From Hormiphora californensis (lineage: Eukaryota; Animalia; Ctenophora): a DNA stretch of 64,000 nt. The stretch covers positions 7,316,001-7,380,000 of the forward strand of contig CM035357.1 of the NCBI GenBank assembly GCA_020137815.1, in the 5' to 3' direction. How positions within the stretch are numbered: the first letter of the stretch is position 1; each line of letters opens with the position of its first letter. This document shows, one piece after another, positions 1-14,067 of this stretch. The notes below the pieces were generated by a model. The model was not told the DNA's origin. It searched no databases and saw only the letters and a list, made by a program, of their open reading frames with translations. The position numbers were made by a program, and so were the translations under genes.

Positions 1-942
1 TGGTATCCTGCCTTCTGAACTGGCACCAGGACGAGTTGGAGAGAAGGAAGGTTGTGTAGAGAAGGGTCAACTGGCATGCTATCACCATGGCGACCACGGT
101 GAATAACTCAACCGGGGGAAGGGAAATATCGGAGTTGGAGAATGTATCACAGAATGCGGAGTATATGATTAGGAGGAGGGTACAACTCGCTACCGTCCCA
201 AATGGTGGTTTCTTCTCCTCCATCCAAGTTATAATCTTCCCCCGTAGCCACTGGCCAATAGTTAAAGGAACGAGGACTGTCCCGCATAGCTGGATAAAAA
301 TCTTTAAAAACGGAACGTCACCAGACAACCCCAGTGTCATCAAGATCAGGACAGGTGACACGAAAATACCCAGTAAAGATCCAAGAGCTGAGTTGAAAAT
401 TGCCGCAGCTTCGTTACCACCTACTGTCTTAGTAAGGATGACAGCGGAGGAGACGGGAGGGGGCATACAACTGACAACAATAAACCCGTTAATCAGGAGG
501 GGTTGGAGAAGGTTGTGGTTCATAGCAACCAGAGATACGAACTGCATAAACACCGGGATGAACATCATTGTAAAGCACTGGATAAACGTGTGGAGATGGA
601 CCTGCAGGTAAAGAAGGGGTTAGGGAGAGAGGTTTGTGAAAATAACAGAGATATTTATTCATACTGACAATACATTAGCAGTTTGCCAGCAGATTTTAAT
701 TTGTATGTTTTATAAACTGCATCTTGCATACTAACTTGTGTGAGAGCATGCTTCAGCTCCTCAGTCTTCAAGGACAGGCCACTGTTTAGAAAGATGAGGG
801 ATACAGCAAAGTATTTGATCGTTATCTCAGGGACCAGGATTCCCCCTTTTCTGCCAATGCTGGGTTCCAACTTTGCTAGGAGAATAGATAGGACCAGTCC
901 CACTAGAAACCAGTTCTTCTTGAGCTGAACAAGGAGTCCCAT
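1..942 (-). CDS. SLC10A7: Sodium/bile acid cotransporter 7; exons 942-736 and 601-<1 (3' end outside window)
   Basis: [34 protein letters not shown]...[19 protein letters not shown] joins in phase 0 (GTTAGT donor at 735, CAG acceptor at 603-602) to [16 protein letters not shown]..., matching the SLC10A7 N-terminus. Confidence 0.93.
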
Positions 943-1229
943 AACCTAGTTATGGGTAAAGGTCCGTGAAAGGGACAGTTTTTAAGAAGTGTTTTAAAGA
1001 TTATTTGAGTAGTGCCTTAGCTTTGGTTAGCTGGAGGTCTCAGCCATCAGCAAAAACACTCGGTTTCCTACTTTACAAATATCTGTACAAGTTAGCAACG
1101 CTTGGGACCTGTCTTGCAGATATGGCAGACGACATCGGAGTTCGGACATCATTAAATCGCGGTACAAAACTACAAAAGTCAAAACTGATAGCAATTCAAC
1201 CCTTTCAGTGAGTTTTAAAAAAGAAATCT

Positions 1230-1468
1230 CCATCCCTGCTATAACTGCTTATGAAGCACATGACAGGGAAGAAGCTGAGTCTTCACAGAGACTCTCCAGC
1301 CCAGCGGCTCCCTATGCGTCCAGGGCCAGAGGCGAAAGTCCTGGAGTGATCAGGGTGGGAAACGGCCAGCGAGAAACCCCCATAGGCAGGGTCCAGCAGC
1401 GTAGCCCCGTAAGCAGGACCCTTAGGCTGCAAACGCCGGTGGGGTCGACATAACGGACTGGGAAGTTA
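1230..1468 (+). mobile_element. GC-rich structured segment resembling the 5' UTR of an RTE-clade non-LTR retrotransposon
   Basis: Nested stems (ccctg/caggg, tgctt/aagca, gagtct/agactc, ctccag/ctggag, agggtcc/ggaccct). Motifs CACATGACAGGGA, GGCGAAAGTCCTGGAGTGATCAGGG, GCAGCGTAGCCCCGTAAG and CGGACTGGGAAG match my recollection of RTE 5' ends (not database-checked). No ORF follows. Confidence 0.45.
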
Positions 1469-1532
1469 TCTACAAAGTACATACCTAATTTTGGCGGACA
1501 TAAAATTAACATTTTAAAATGTGGCAACGGAA

Positions 1533-2029
1533 CGGAAAACGTTAAAATCTGGGTGCCTTTCATTGCTAACAATTCGTAGTTTTGGCGCGCGCGACGGGTT
1601 AGGGCTATCCGTTAGGGTCTGGTTAGGGTTTGGTTTGGGGTTATCGGTTAGGGCTATCGATTCTCTAACTGATACCGTTTAGTTTACTCAAATCGGCCAT
1701 GTGGTTCCATGGCTATAGCCGTTTGAAAAAAGTCGGTCCAAGTATACTCTTTTGGTAGCGCGCACCTGTAAACAGGCTGCAAGGCACCCAGATTATAAAG
1801 TCGGATTTTTTGAAACTGTCACCCCCCTGAAATAACAAATTTGTCATATCTCCGGTTCCTGATAAGATAGAGACTTGAAATTTGGAGGTTCAGAAGAACT
1901 TAGCAAGATCTTTATAACCTCCAAATTTTAAGTCTCTATCTCATCAGGAACCGGACTTATGGTCATTTAAAGAAATTTGAAAACTCAGGGGGGGTGACAG
2001 TTTCAAAAAATCCGACTCTAATCGCGCCC
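1533..2029. mobile_element. Non-autonomous DNA element with internal GGTTAGGG-like repeats, copy 1
   Basis: Subterminal inverted repeat aatctgggtgcctt (1546-1559) / aaggcacccagatt (1781-1794); flanked by direct repeat caacggaa (1525-1532, 2030-2037); second copy at 41861-42140. Confidence 0.75.
1796..2020. mobile_element. Palindromic MITE inserted at TA within the preceding element
   Basis: TIR agtcggattttttgaaactgtcacccccctga and its reverse complement near 1985-2017; internal inverted repeat; TA at both ends; absent from the 41861 copy of the host element. Confidence 0.85.
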
Positions 2030-2039
2030 CAACGGAACG

Positions 2040-2225
2040 TTTCTGTCACGGTTGCGAAATTCATGTTTACAATTAAAACGCGCAATTTTATTCAATTATA
2101 GGCGCGGCTTACTTTTAGCGCGTGTAAAATCGGACGTATTGGCGCTTCCCATGGCGTCCATACCGAGTCTACACAGCGCGCTACTCATCGCGCGTTCCAG
2201 TCGGTGGGGTTGGAGAGTTGCGTAA
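2040..2225. promoter_or_regulatory. CGCG-rich segment, candidate promoter upstream of SLC10A7
   Basis: Cluster of CGCG/GCGC motifs in non-coding DNA between the BTB gene 3' end and SLC10A7; a similar cluster lies upstream of ING. Confidence 0.3.
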
Positions 2226-2524
2226 AAAAGAAGAGAGGGAAACTTGGAAAACACGCATCTTTTGTCGATGAAACAATCTCTAAAATATAATAATGTATGT
2301 ACAAGAAAAAACGGGGAAATATAATAATATCAAAATCTGTTAAAAGGGGGAGTCTCTGAAGCGATAGAATTCTCGAAAGTGCTGAAATACAGTTCTCGGT
2401 CTGAAATGAGAGGGGGAAGAGTGGTCGTTAGTACAAGGAAATAACACCACTTCACAATATCTCCCTGTCTCTCCCCAATTATTCATCCTTCATTCCCATA
2501 TTCATTATGATGCAGAGTAACAAA

Positions 2525-5198
2525 TCAAACTATCATAGCCCCATTCTCAGCGTCATTACCCGGTATCTTGCTAGGGATGTATTTGATGTGATAGGGTTTC
2601 TGAGCGGCAACATCAGGAACAGCACGGGTCGGAGGATGCCTCTTTGATTTCCTAGGTCTCCCCTCTGTTGGACTTTTTAACGTTCCTCCTCCTCCTCCTC
2701 CACCAATTTGGTCAGTTGTCAGTGCAGTCTGCCGGCCGTCTGAAACTTGAGAATATATCTTCAGTTTTCAGCAATATAGCGCTTTCTCGGAGATCAGAGA
2801 CGTGCAGTAGTAGAAGTCAGTTTATTTGTCTCAGGATGGAGAGAAAGAAAGAAAGATAGCTACCGTTTACCTTTCTTCTTCTTCATGCTAGCCCTCTCCT
2901 TCGTCCTCTCCCTACTCTTAGTACGATCCCTACTCTTGGAAGGTCCTTTATTAATCAACACATGACTGTGCCTCAATAATTCCTCTTTACTCATCCCTCC
3001 TCCTCCCCTCGTCTCGGATCTCCCCCTCAAATCAGGTATCTGTATCTTCTGATGCTGAGGTGCAATCCTAACTGACATCTCCCCCACACCACTAGCAAAA
3101 TCAATAGCACTAATGTCCTCCAAGTTTATCTCGTCCTCTGGTGGAGGTGGGGGTGGTACATTTAGGACGGGTGGTCGAGGGTAGTAGCTACTACCAGGTG
3201 GTGGTTCTGAGGGTGGTTCAGGTGGGATCTGGACGGCTCGTTGGAGAGATCGGGTGGAAGGGACGCGGGTTCCAAATGTTGTGGGAGCGAGATCTCGAGG
3301 GTTCTCTGAGAGGGGTGGTGATTTGTGTTGCTGCTCCTCGCCACGGGACCTGACACCGTCCTTGCCACCTGGGAAAGGGGAAGGTGGGTTAGTTGAATGG
3401 GGTTGTAGAAAACAAACAGAAACAAACAGTAACAAAACACATAAACACCATATATGGGCATATCAAATGCTCAAATAAGGATATACACAGTACACACACC
3501 TGATAGAATGGACATGTTGTCGTAGGTGTGCTCAATGAAAGCCTGCTGTTCAGCCAGCTTGGTCAGTGCATCAGCTATCATCTCACTCTGTCTATTCATT
3601 GATACAGTCGCCTCCCTGAGCGCCTCAGTATTGTGATCCCTTTGTTCTACAGAACTCTCTCGTTCTTTCAATTCCTTGCTACCCCCACTCTTGGTCCTCT
3701 TCACATACACCTCAGCGTACTTGGTGGGAGGTCCAGTGGGCTCTGGGGGTGGTGGGGGTTGCTGGAATTCAGGGGGAGGAGGTGAGGTGAGGGAGCGGGG
3801 TGCAGAGGAGAGATTTAACCGGCCCATACCCCTGTCAACATCGTTCATATAGGGGCGATCCTGGGTCGACTTGGGTACAAACTTCTTCTCCAGATTATTC
3901 TTCAGCTGGGCTACCACAGCAGGAGGCATTTTAGCGTTCCTTGCTGATGATGACATCATGGGAGGAGGGTTGTTTGATGACGTCAGGAACGCCTCACCCC
4001 GTGACGTCACCATACCACCTGGGGGATGATGGTTGTTGTTCTCCCCCCGTGGTGACCTCGCACCATCACCCCTTGGTGACAGGATATTGTGTTGTTGTTG
4101 TGGTGGGTTCCCATGGTGATGGTGATGATTCCTCCCATTCCGAACGGTGTTCTCCCGTGATGGCCCCCTAGATTTCCGTAACATTTTCACCTCCTCCGGT
4201 TCCATGTATTCCCCATCATCCAGTTCCTCCTCCTCCTTGAATCCCCTCTGTTGCTGTTCCTCCCTGCGGGGGAAGTACTCTTCAGTAGTCCGGTGGGGTG
4301 ACCTGGTGACCCCTGATATGGGTTTAGGTGGTCCAGCCACCATTGTGGCTAGGGAGGGTGCAGTGACGAGATTACCAGGGGCTATTGAATCAAAAGAACC
4401 GTATGGGTTGCGTCCTCCGCCCACCATTTTGGCAATACATTTCTGTTGAATGTCAATTATTCGTTCCATATCGGCATATGTCCGGGCCTTGCTCTTCAAA
4501 ATACTGATCAACCGCACGTAGGTCCTCTTGTCGTCATGTAACAGGAAGTTAACATTAATAGTGCTGCTGTTCTTGAAGATCAAATCCACTATTGGGTCTG
4601 GCAAGTTGCCAGCTTTCAAACATTTCTGGACCAGGACGGAGGATGAAGGAAGCTCCAACATGGACAACAAGAACTCATCATTCTCAGGTTTGGAAGGAAT
4701 GGAAAGGAGGTGATCAACAATTGGGCCGGTATTACGCTCCATGTATCTCCGTACCACCTCTGGTACATTTACACTCCCATCTCCCTCTACAGTCCTGAGC
4801 GCTGTGAACAGTGGCATTACGTTCTCTACTGTCAAGTTAGTGTTAACCCACTCCAGGACTGTATTTAGCAGTTCTTCAACTGTGTAAAGGGTGGCAAACC
4901 GAGCAATAACTGATATATTCCGGGGAGTCAGAATCACTGCACCACCATACATCAACACCAGGGCATCTTGTATCGCATCTTCAACACCCTCCTCCCCCTG
5001 AAAGTCCTCCAATAATAAACTAGGAGGCGAGTCTCGGAGGTGATGTTCGAATACTGTGCTGTGCTTGGCGAGTACTAGCCGGGAACAGGTAAATGAGACA
5101 TTGTTGACCCAAAGTTTTATAGATCTGTTGTAGGTTGTATTGTTAAAGAATCGAGAGACGTCGCAGTTCGTGTGAGATAACCGGACCGGCCGGGACAT
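2525..5198 (-). CDS. BTB/POZ-domain protein with Pro/His-rich disordered region and coiled coil; exons 5198-3500, 3368-2871, 2739-2525
   Basis: N-terminal IKLWVNNVSFTCSRLVLAKHSTVFE...ALVLMYGGAVILTPRNISVIARFATLYTVEELL is BTB-like. Two phase-1 GT-AG introns (3499-3369, 2870-2740) keep the frame open to ...ENGAMIV*. Confidence 0.82.
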
Positions 5199-5582
5199 AT
5201 AGGCTACAAATACGGGGGGTTAGATCTGCTAAAAATACAGGGGGTAGATCAGCTAGATGCTAGAAAGACAGGGAGTTGGAGTAAATGTCCATGTTAGATG
5301 CTAAAAAGACAGGGGCGGGGTAAATGTTAGATGTAAGAAATACAGGGGGTGGGCCGGGGGTTTGGAAATAGGGCGGGTTCGTGAGAGAAATAGAAAAGGG
5401 TGGGGTGCTTCAGAATATGCTCACGCAGACAGCCGAAATACTGTTCGAATACGATAGAAATAATAAAAACATAAAGTCTACAACATACAACACGAGTGAA
5501 TAAATTATACATCTAAATAAAAATAGAAGATAAAAGTTAAAACACTTATAAAACATTTAAAACTATGAGCTTCGAAGAGTTT

Positions 5583-7103
5583 TCACTCGCATTTCTCCTT
5601 CGCACGACAGCAGACAACTGATACGCATTTGTAGATGATCACTAAGAGAACCATAACAACAGTTACCATGGTAACTAGGATGGTAGCCATGACATCGATG
5701 TTATACATTTGAATAGTACCCTGATCCAGTGCTACCTTATTCACCAAATCATCCAGCTCGCCTCTCTCCACTAGTTCCCCTACCAAACTCACCAGCCTCT
5801 CTCTCACAAAGCTCTCCTTTACCCTCCTAACTGCCTTTTTCATTCTCTCCTGATAACCAGAAAGATCTCCTAACATCTGCTGAAGTTTCCCGGCTGCCTC
5901 CTCTTTAATATTTTCCTTCCAAACCTTCTCACCAAACCCTCGGAATATTATTAGCTCAGCATTAAAGTCCTGATCTGCAAAAAGTGGGATACAAAGAACA
6001 GGAACGGCGTAGAAGATTGTCTCAAGTCGGCCGTTATTTCCACAGTGACTGATGAACAATCGGACTTTTCCCGATGCCAAAAGGGACCTCTGGGGAATCC
6101 AGGACATTGGTAGAAAATTTTCCGGAAGACTAGACTCATCATTAGTTTTGATTACCACCCTCATATCCAGATTTTCCAAAATGGTAATCAGTTCCTGGAA
6201 CCAAGGCCAATGTCCATCCGTCCGTACGTAGGATCCGAAGGACAGAAGAATGACCCCCGGTTCTACAAACTCCGCCAACTCCGGACTAAGGGCAGGAGGA
6301 GAAGAATGGAGGAGATTAATGGCCCCAATTTGAAGCTCATTAGGGGCTCGGAGAGAGGGAAACGACATTGCATTCTGATCATTTCCAAGTATCAACTTTA
6401 CTGCACCGTCACTTGAAACCCCAAACTTATTCTCCATAACTTGTTGATGAGATTTGTACATTGTAATGTATGTCATGTGGTGCCGGAACAGGATATAAAA
6501 ACTGTTAAATCGTTCCAGGAATGTCGGTGCTCGATGGAAATTCTCCATAAACAGAGGGCCTGGTTGGGTGGTAGGAAGTCTTGGTAGATTATTCTCAGCA
6601 AGGCCAGGGTTTGTCAGGACTGCTGTTAAGAATTTAACTACTGGGATATTCAGTTTGGCACCCAGAGCAGATATTCCTGTTGGTTCGGGCATTTCGGACA
6701 GCAGCAAATCTGATTTCGAGGCTATTTCTAAGAATTGGGCTGAAGAAACTACATTGTTTGCGTTTTCCCAGACACCGGACCAAACGTCAATACAACTTTG
6801 GGTCATCTGGGCCATCTTAGAGGAATGTCGACCAATAAGATCCTCCATACAAGTTGACCGGAAACTGCCTTTTTCCCTTCCGACCTCCGGCTCAGCCCAG
6901 GTGATATTGGGATGGGGTGAAGGCGCCTTTCCACCCTTCACCATACACATAAAGGTAATGTTATGTCCCGCACTGGCTAACTCCACTGCCACGTCGTAAG
7001 GGGCGCTCAGGTGAGATCCAGTGAGGACTGCAGCAACCAGGATATTGCCAGCCGAGACATGGGTAAAGAAGCAGCAGACAGTGAGAATGAGTTTCAAGAT
7101 CAT
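5583..7103 (-). CDS. UDP-glycosyltransferase (UGT, GT1 family), intronless
   Basis: Signal peptide, catalytic His in GSHL, signature WIPQRSLLASGKVRLFISHCGNNGRLETIFYAVPVLCIPLFADQ, C-terminal TM helix and basic tail. Confidence 0.95.
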   Translation of the reverse strand: MILKLILTVCCFFTHVSAGNILVAAVLTGSHLSAPYDVAVELASAGHNITFMCMVKGGKAPSPHPNITWAEPEVGREKGSFRSTCMEDLIGRHSSKMAQMTQSCIDVWSGVWENANNVVSSAQFLEIASKSDLLLSEMPEPTGISALGAKLNIPVVKFLTAVLTNPGLAENNLPRLPTTQPGPLFMENFHRAPTFLERFNSFYILFRHHMTYITMYKSHQQVMENKFGVSSDGAVKLILGNDQNAMSFPSLRAPNELQIGAINLLHSSPPALSPELAEFVEPGVILLSFGSYVRTDGHWPWFQELITILENLDMRVVIKTNDESSLPENFLPMSWIPQRSLLASGKVRLFISHCGNNGRLETIFYAVPVLCIPLFADQDFNAELIIFRGFGEKVWKENIKEEAAGKLQQMLGDLSGYQERMKKAVRRVKESFVRERLVSLVGELVERGELDDLVNKVALDQGTIQMYNIDVMATILVTMVTVVMVLLVIIYKCVSVVCCRAKEKCE

Positions 7104-8179
7104 TGCTAAAGCAGGAATTTAAATAAAACAAAATGAAAAAGTTGTATTTGAAACATATAAAATAAGAGCTTTTGAAACATATAAAATAAGAAGCTTTTGA
7201 AGTTCATCATAAAAGAAGCACTTGAAATACTTAATATGTGGAATACAAAAAGCAAAAAGCTGTACATGAGACAGAGAGTGTAGGAGAGAATGAGTCATTT
7301 GCCATGCATGGCATTATATATCCTCTCCATGAAGACAGAACTCACAAAATATTCTTGTGCCACATCCATGTCCAGAGCAAATTATGTAGGAGATGATAAA
7401 CTAAGAGCATGATACAGAAGGGAGAGAGGAGACAGAGATGGAGGGAGATAGAGAGAGGGCCGAGGGGGAAATAGAGAGAGAAAGGGATAGAGAAGGCGCT
7501 CCTGAATCGATTAGACGAGGGAAGGAAGTAGAAAAAGCAAGTTGTGAAATCGTAGTCTGTAAATAAAGGTGAGGGGGAGAGAGGTGAGTTCGACTGTGAG
7601 AGAGAACAGCAAAATATAAGTTTTTCGTAAATGCATGGAAGAGAGTGGACATATTTCTATGGAAAGGGAAAGCAATCAGTTAAATTAAAATGGTCTGGTA
7701 GAAATATTCAAGTATAGAAGAAAAGAGTGTAAACAGCTGTTCAGTAATCAAGACGAATGTGTGCAACAATTTCCAAACAGCCAGCACTCGAAATCTGAAA
7801 AATTATCATCCGATCGGATACAAACTCATTCCACGAAAGAGGAGAGAGATTCGAAGGAGGGAACTTTGAATCTGGCCGGAGGGACTGAGAGAGAGGGAGA
7901 GAGATGGAGAGAGAGAAACTCAGCAAAGAGATTGCGGGAATGACTTCAATACACAATTTGCCACCTGGCACCCGGATCAGGTTACATAGGGATGGGAGGA
8001 AGGCGATGAGGAGGTTGAGGAAGATAGTAAGGCTGGTAGGCTCTTGGAAATGAGCCAATAAAAAGGTTTTATGAAGGAGCAGGGAGCTCGAGGAATCCAA
8101 GAGACAGCAACTCTCTTACATTTCTCTAGTGCATGTCCTATGTAAACACGGAATAAGGAAAGTTATACACGCTGGTAAG

Positions 8180-8183
<4 letters not shown>

Positions 8184-8260
<77 letters not shown>
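8184..8260. repeat. (AG)n microsatellite, representative of many in the window
   Basis: Pure GA dinucleotide run; similar runs near 8980-9153, 10215-10325, 34193-34264, 36297-36406, 45208-45312, 45550-45627, 47644-48040, 52600-52690, 58480-58583, 58889-59030, 60600-60859 and 62268-62640. Confidence 0.95.
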
Positions 8261-8265
<5 letters not shown>

Positions 8266-8977
8266 GGGATGGAGAGTTTATAAAGAGGTGAGCTATCAAG
8301 AGAGAATGCAGCGCAGAGAGAAATGAATATGCAAGGGCATCGCACCACACAGACTATAACAGAGAAGGAGGGGAAAGAAAGAAGTTAACGAGAGAATAAA
8401 GAGAGAACGTGAAAGGGAGAAAGAGAGAAAGAGAGAACAAGACAGAAGGGAGAGAGAGAGAAAGAGAGAACAAGACAGAAGAGAGAGAGTGGGAGAAACA
8501 GAGAGAGAGAGAACAAGAGTGAGGCAATCATTGAAGTGAGTTCCCCTGAAGGTTATTTAGAGGAGCTGCGTGTACGCCAGTGAGAGCCACGTACATCTAT
8601 TATTAGGGATAGAGGGCCAGGGAGGGTGCGTGATGGAGGAAGCAGTGTGTAACAGAGAACTTGTATACAGTGTACCGTGTACTGCTTACTGTGTACTGCA
8701 CGGTGATGACTGATGGTATAATACATGTGCAAATTTGAGAGCTTGAAAAGCAGTCGGACTGCGTGTGTACAAGAGCTTGTCTCCCTCTATACTATAGCTC
8801 TTTAAAGAGAGAGAGATGCTAATGAACTATCATGATGGCAAGAGCCAGAGTGAACTGAGTGAGCAATATATCTCATCAATCATTGAAAGCTGGTGCAGCT
8901 ACCACAGCAAGTAATGTACCGTGATAGTTCATACACACGCTAACAGTGCACAAGCTGTACAAAAACAAAACAATGGT

Positions 8978-9158
<181 letters not shown>

Positions 9159-9669
9159 TAGAGAGAGAGAGATAGAGAGAGATAGAGAGGGGGAATGATA
9201 GAGAGATGATATAACAGGCACTCAGGCAAAGAGAAAGAGAGAGAGTCAGATATGGGAAAGAAAGGCCTACCATAAACACTATTATGGCAATAACTGCATT
9301 GTAAGAAGTGGGAAAGTGTGCTCGTGTACCACACCCGCCGGTCAACAAAAGGAACCCTAGATAACCCCACCCCTACTGCTGACCAAACACTAGCATAAGA
9401 ATATGATATGTTTGATTGAATGGAACCCGGAATGTGTAGTTAGGTTAGGAGAGAGATAATGAGAGAGAGAGAAAGAAGGATAGATAGAGGGGTATAATGA
9501 GGAAGTTAGAGAGAGAATAATCTTCGATGAGATCATTATAAATATATCGCAGAATGAGGGTCCGTGAGCTCATTACTGATTACACAGAGGGAAGGTAAGT
9601 TAAAGCTATCTCTCTCAGTCACAGTGACCAGCTCCCCCTAACTCAAACCCTCTCTCATACAGTGACCAG

Positions 9670-10741
<1,072 letters not shown>

Positions 10742-11282
10742 CAGCTCCCCCTCTCTCGCACACACACATAACAGTGAACAGCTCAGCCCTCTCTCTCTCT
10801 CGCTCAAACCTGCGCTGTGGTAACTAGATACGCGGGTTAACGCAATCACACACGTCACACGGCATTCCTTACACGGTCCTCTTTTTATTTCTCTCCCTCT
10901 CATTCTCCCTCCGTCTCATTCTTCCCAGCTTTCTCTCTGTGACTCCATTCTTTCTCAAGTACCTCTGGGCTCTGTTACGTAACCAGCAAACTATTGTTTC
11001 AACTTTCACTACGTCACAAAACTGTCTTACCCCTGACCCGATTAATTCTTATCCCCATGTCTGGCTAATACATTCAGCATTCTGGCTCCGAGCCATCACA
11101 GCTATTATTTGCACTGTGTGCTTTACGATTTCCCTTGTACAGCTCAAACCTTTCCAAACTCAACAAACCGTATTATTCTGCATGCAAGAGGGTAATGCAA
11201 TTCATGCAGTCCAACCAGCTCCCCTTTCACCCGAGAGAGAAACAAAACACACAAATATGAAAGATGTGATAAAACAAATAAG

Positions 11283-13794
11283 TTAACTTCCAATTGGCAT
11301 CATTAAATGTCCTCCCTTGTTGAGACTTTCTCTCACAACCTGGAGGTTCTTTTGCCACAGCTCCAACCTGTCCTTAATAACACTCCACTGGGACTGTCCG
11401 AAACATCTGTTGATAGACGTACTGACGGTGAATCGTCCCTCAGGCTCGTTTATCTTTCCCTTCACCAACCCACTACCGATAGCCTCAATAATGAAGGGCT
11501 CAATTTCATCTTTCTCTAAGTTTAACCGGTCAGCAAGTTTGCTAAACTCGATCTCATCAGCTCCTTCGCAGATACTGGCTAGAGTGAGCAGCCTCAGTTT
11601 CCTCTTATTCTGCTCGTGAGACACGGACAGGTGCTCTACAAAGTCAGTGTTAGCTGAGTAGAACTCAAGATAATCGTTCAGATCCCCGGATACAAAGATT
11701 TGGAGGAGTTCGTGGATGAGCTGTCCGTCCAGTGCCTTGATGGGATGGAGATCCAGTAGGTGGTCCATGATGAAGATATTAGGCTGGGCAATGTGTGATA
11801 TCACACAAATATGAGCATCAGCTTTAGCCTCAACCCCCTCATTTTCCCCGTATAGTTTGAGAAGGTGGACCAGGGCTTTGATTGCCTTCTCTCCGTTACC
11901 AAGAGCGGTGAAAGCCTCATGTAGTAACCTTAACAGATCCCTCTGTTCTCCAACATCACTCTTCCACTGGGCCAGCCAGTCTGAGATCTGGGCGGGGAGA
12001 GAGAATTAAAATCTAGTGAAAGATGATATGAGTAGGAAATTCATTGTGGTATTTGGGTGGTTCCCTTCGTGGGGTGACGCTGCTACCCAGCTGTTGAACA
12101 CAGGGAGGACTCATTTATTATTCATTATTATAAATACATAAGTCCCCCTGGGTAGGGAGAAAGAATTAAACTAGAAATGAGAGGCAGGGAGAGAGGGAAT
12201 GAGATGTGACTAGGGAGTAATATAAAGAGTAAGTTTGAAAATCTGAGACAAACTCCCACATTGTGTCATTTTAATCTCTTCCCATCTTGGTTCTAAACCT
12301 TGTAATTAGTAGTTACGCCTACAAATCCCCTTCTCACCTGAGTGATATCCAGATTGAAGTATCGGACCTGTCCGCTCAACTTCACCAGCTTCAGCACGTT
12401 GGTCAGCAGTGTATAGGACGAAGCAAGGGAGGTGTGATAACAGTTCAGTTGGTGGCCCAGTAACCGTCCCTTCAGAGGGAACCGGTTAGTTTCGTCAGCT
12501 GCAATGGCGTTACTCAAACTCTTGGACATGTCTTCGATTTGCTCCACCTACACAAAGAGAGGGGTTTGTTTGGACTTTAATTTGGGGGGAAGGAGGTATG
12601 TTTGGGCATTGGAGGGAAAGAGCGGGGTTAGGATTGTGTAGTGGTCTGTGGTAACACTTTTGCCGGGGGAGATTAATTGTCTAGAGTGGTTTAGATTGGT
12701 CGCAGATTGGTCTAACCTCTAACCTTGGATTCCTAGACTAGGGCCAAATTTCAAAGAGACCCAGAACGGGCGGTTTTAACATTTAACCCAAAATCATTGA
12801 CTTCTCCATGCGTTTGGTGATGTCTGATGTCAACTTCTACTCTCTCTCTCCCTTCAATTACTCTCTGTTTCCCGCTGCTTTCTCTCTATTTCTCTGTTCT
12901 GCTTGTAAATTCTCTGGAAGGGCTACTGGCCCCGGAAGTTACATATACACACAGACAGGTCAGCACTGTGTAATGTAGCTGTGTATGGGCTGTGTATAGC
13001 ACTGTGTAATGTAGCAGAACATGTACACCAGATATGATTCATCTACCCAAAAGGCAAAAAACATGGGCAACAAATAAAATTCCTTAGAAATCTCATACTT
13101 CCACGCCTAGAAAACACCCAGATCATGTGATTTATAACAGCTCTACTGTAGCAGCTCTATAACAGAACACACACATATTTTACCTGAGAGAGAAGCTGGA
13201 TCATGGAGACGAGGGAGAAGAATGCGGATTCCACTGCAGATTCACTGCCACACTTCTTGAAATAGAGAGGGAACTGCTCGATCAGCTGGGGTAGGAGAAC
13301 AAGGAATGCATCTTCTGTTTGTTCCTCGGAAACGGTAAATGTTGCTCCATATTCCTGGGAGGTGTGGAGGTAGGGGGGGGGAGCTTCAGGAGGGGTATGA
13401 GATGGAAAAAATGGTGGAACAAAGAACTTGGGAAGGGAAAGACAGAGACATTAGCCAGACCATTTTGTACGTCTGTGTCTCTCTCAATATCTCTCTCTTG
13501 TGTGTGTGTACTAACTGAGATAGTGCAGACAGTGAAACACGTCACGTATTTTCTAAACTCATACTTCTACACCGGAAAGATTTCTCTCTAGTGCCATATT
13601 GTATGGCCAGGTGTTATTACTTCCATATATGGTCAGGTGTTATTACTTCCATATATGGTCAGGTGTGATATATGGCAGTATATATTGATATGGTGATATA
13701 TGTTTACCTGCAGAGATTTCCTCATCTCCTCAGCCTGTTCGATATAGGAAACACTGATGAAGGAGGGAGCCACATTATGCAGAATGCTTGACAT
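11283..13794 (-). CDS. EIF3M: Eukaryotic translation initiation factor 3 subunit M; exons 13794-13708, 13354-13184, 12547-12338, 11987-11283
   Basis: MSSILHNVAPSFISVSYIEQAEEMRKSLQ|EYGA...; PCI domain DHLLDLHPIKALDGQLIHELLQIFVSG...KLRLLTL...NRCFGQSQW; three phase-0 GT-AG introns. Confidence 0.95.
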
Positions 13795-13968
13795 ATTCTG
13801 CAGCTACAGAGAGGGAGCTGGAGGTTAGTATATATTGTATTGGGTGTGAGACAGGGTGTACCAGCCAGGGGGGATAGAGAGGGAGGGGTTGTAAGGGTCT
13901 GGGTAAGCAATAGGCATGGTAAAAGAATCAAAAGAACTTTTTATGACTTTTCGCTCAGTACAGTTGGA

Positions 13969-14040
13969 CCCCAATTTACCGGGATGCTCGGGGTAAGTGT
14001 TTTGCCCGGTATATCGGGGTGAAATACATACTGTTAAAGG
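13969..14040. mobile_element. Terminal fragment of the Tc1/mariner-like MITE family seen at 48550-49561
   Basis: tacagttggaccccaatttaccgggatgctcgggg...tttgcccggtatatcgggg resembles the reverse complement of the right end of that element. Confidence 0.6.
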
Positions 14041-14067
14041 TTGACAAGATACCTAAAACTTTTCGGA

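Noticed and set aside
87-611. Plus-strand 174-aa ORF, and similar ORFs opposite BTB, UGT, eIF3m, WAPL and ING
   Set aside because: Antisense shadows of well-supported minus-strand genes.
1300-1470. RNase P/MRP RNA (GAAAGTCC ... ACATAACGGACT)
   Set aside because: I could not build the P1/P4 architecture convincingly; GAAAGTCC lies in a local stem, and the motifs better match an RTE-like 5' end.
1595-1655. Interstitial telomere (also 41925-41975)
   Set aside because: Degenerate, short and embedded in a dispersed element present twice.
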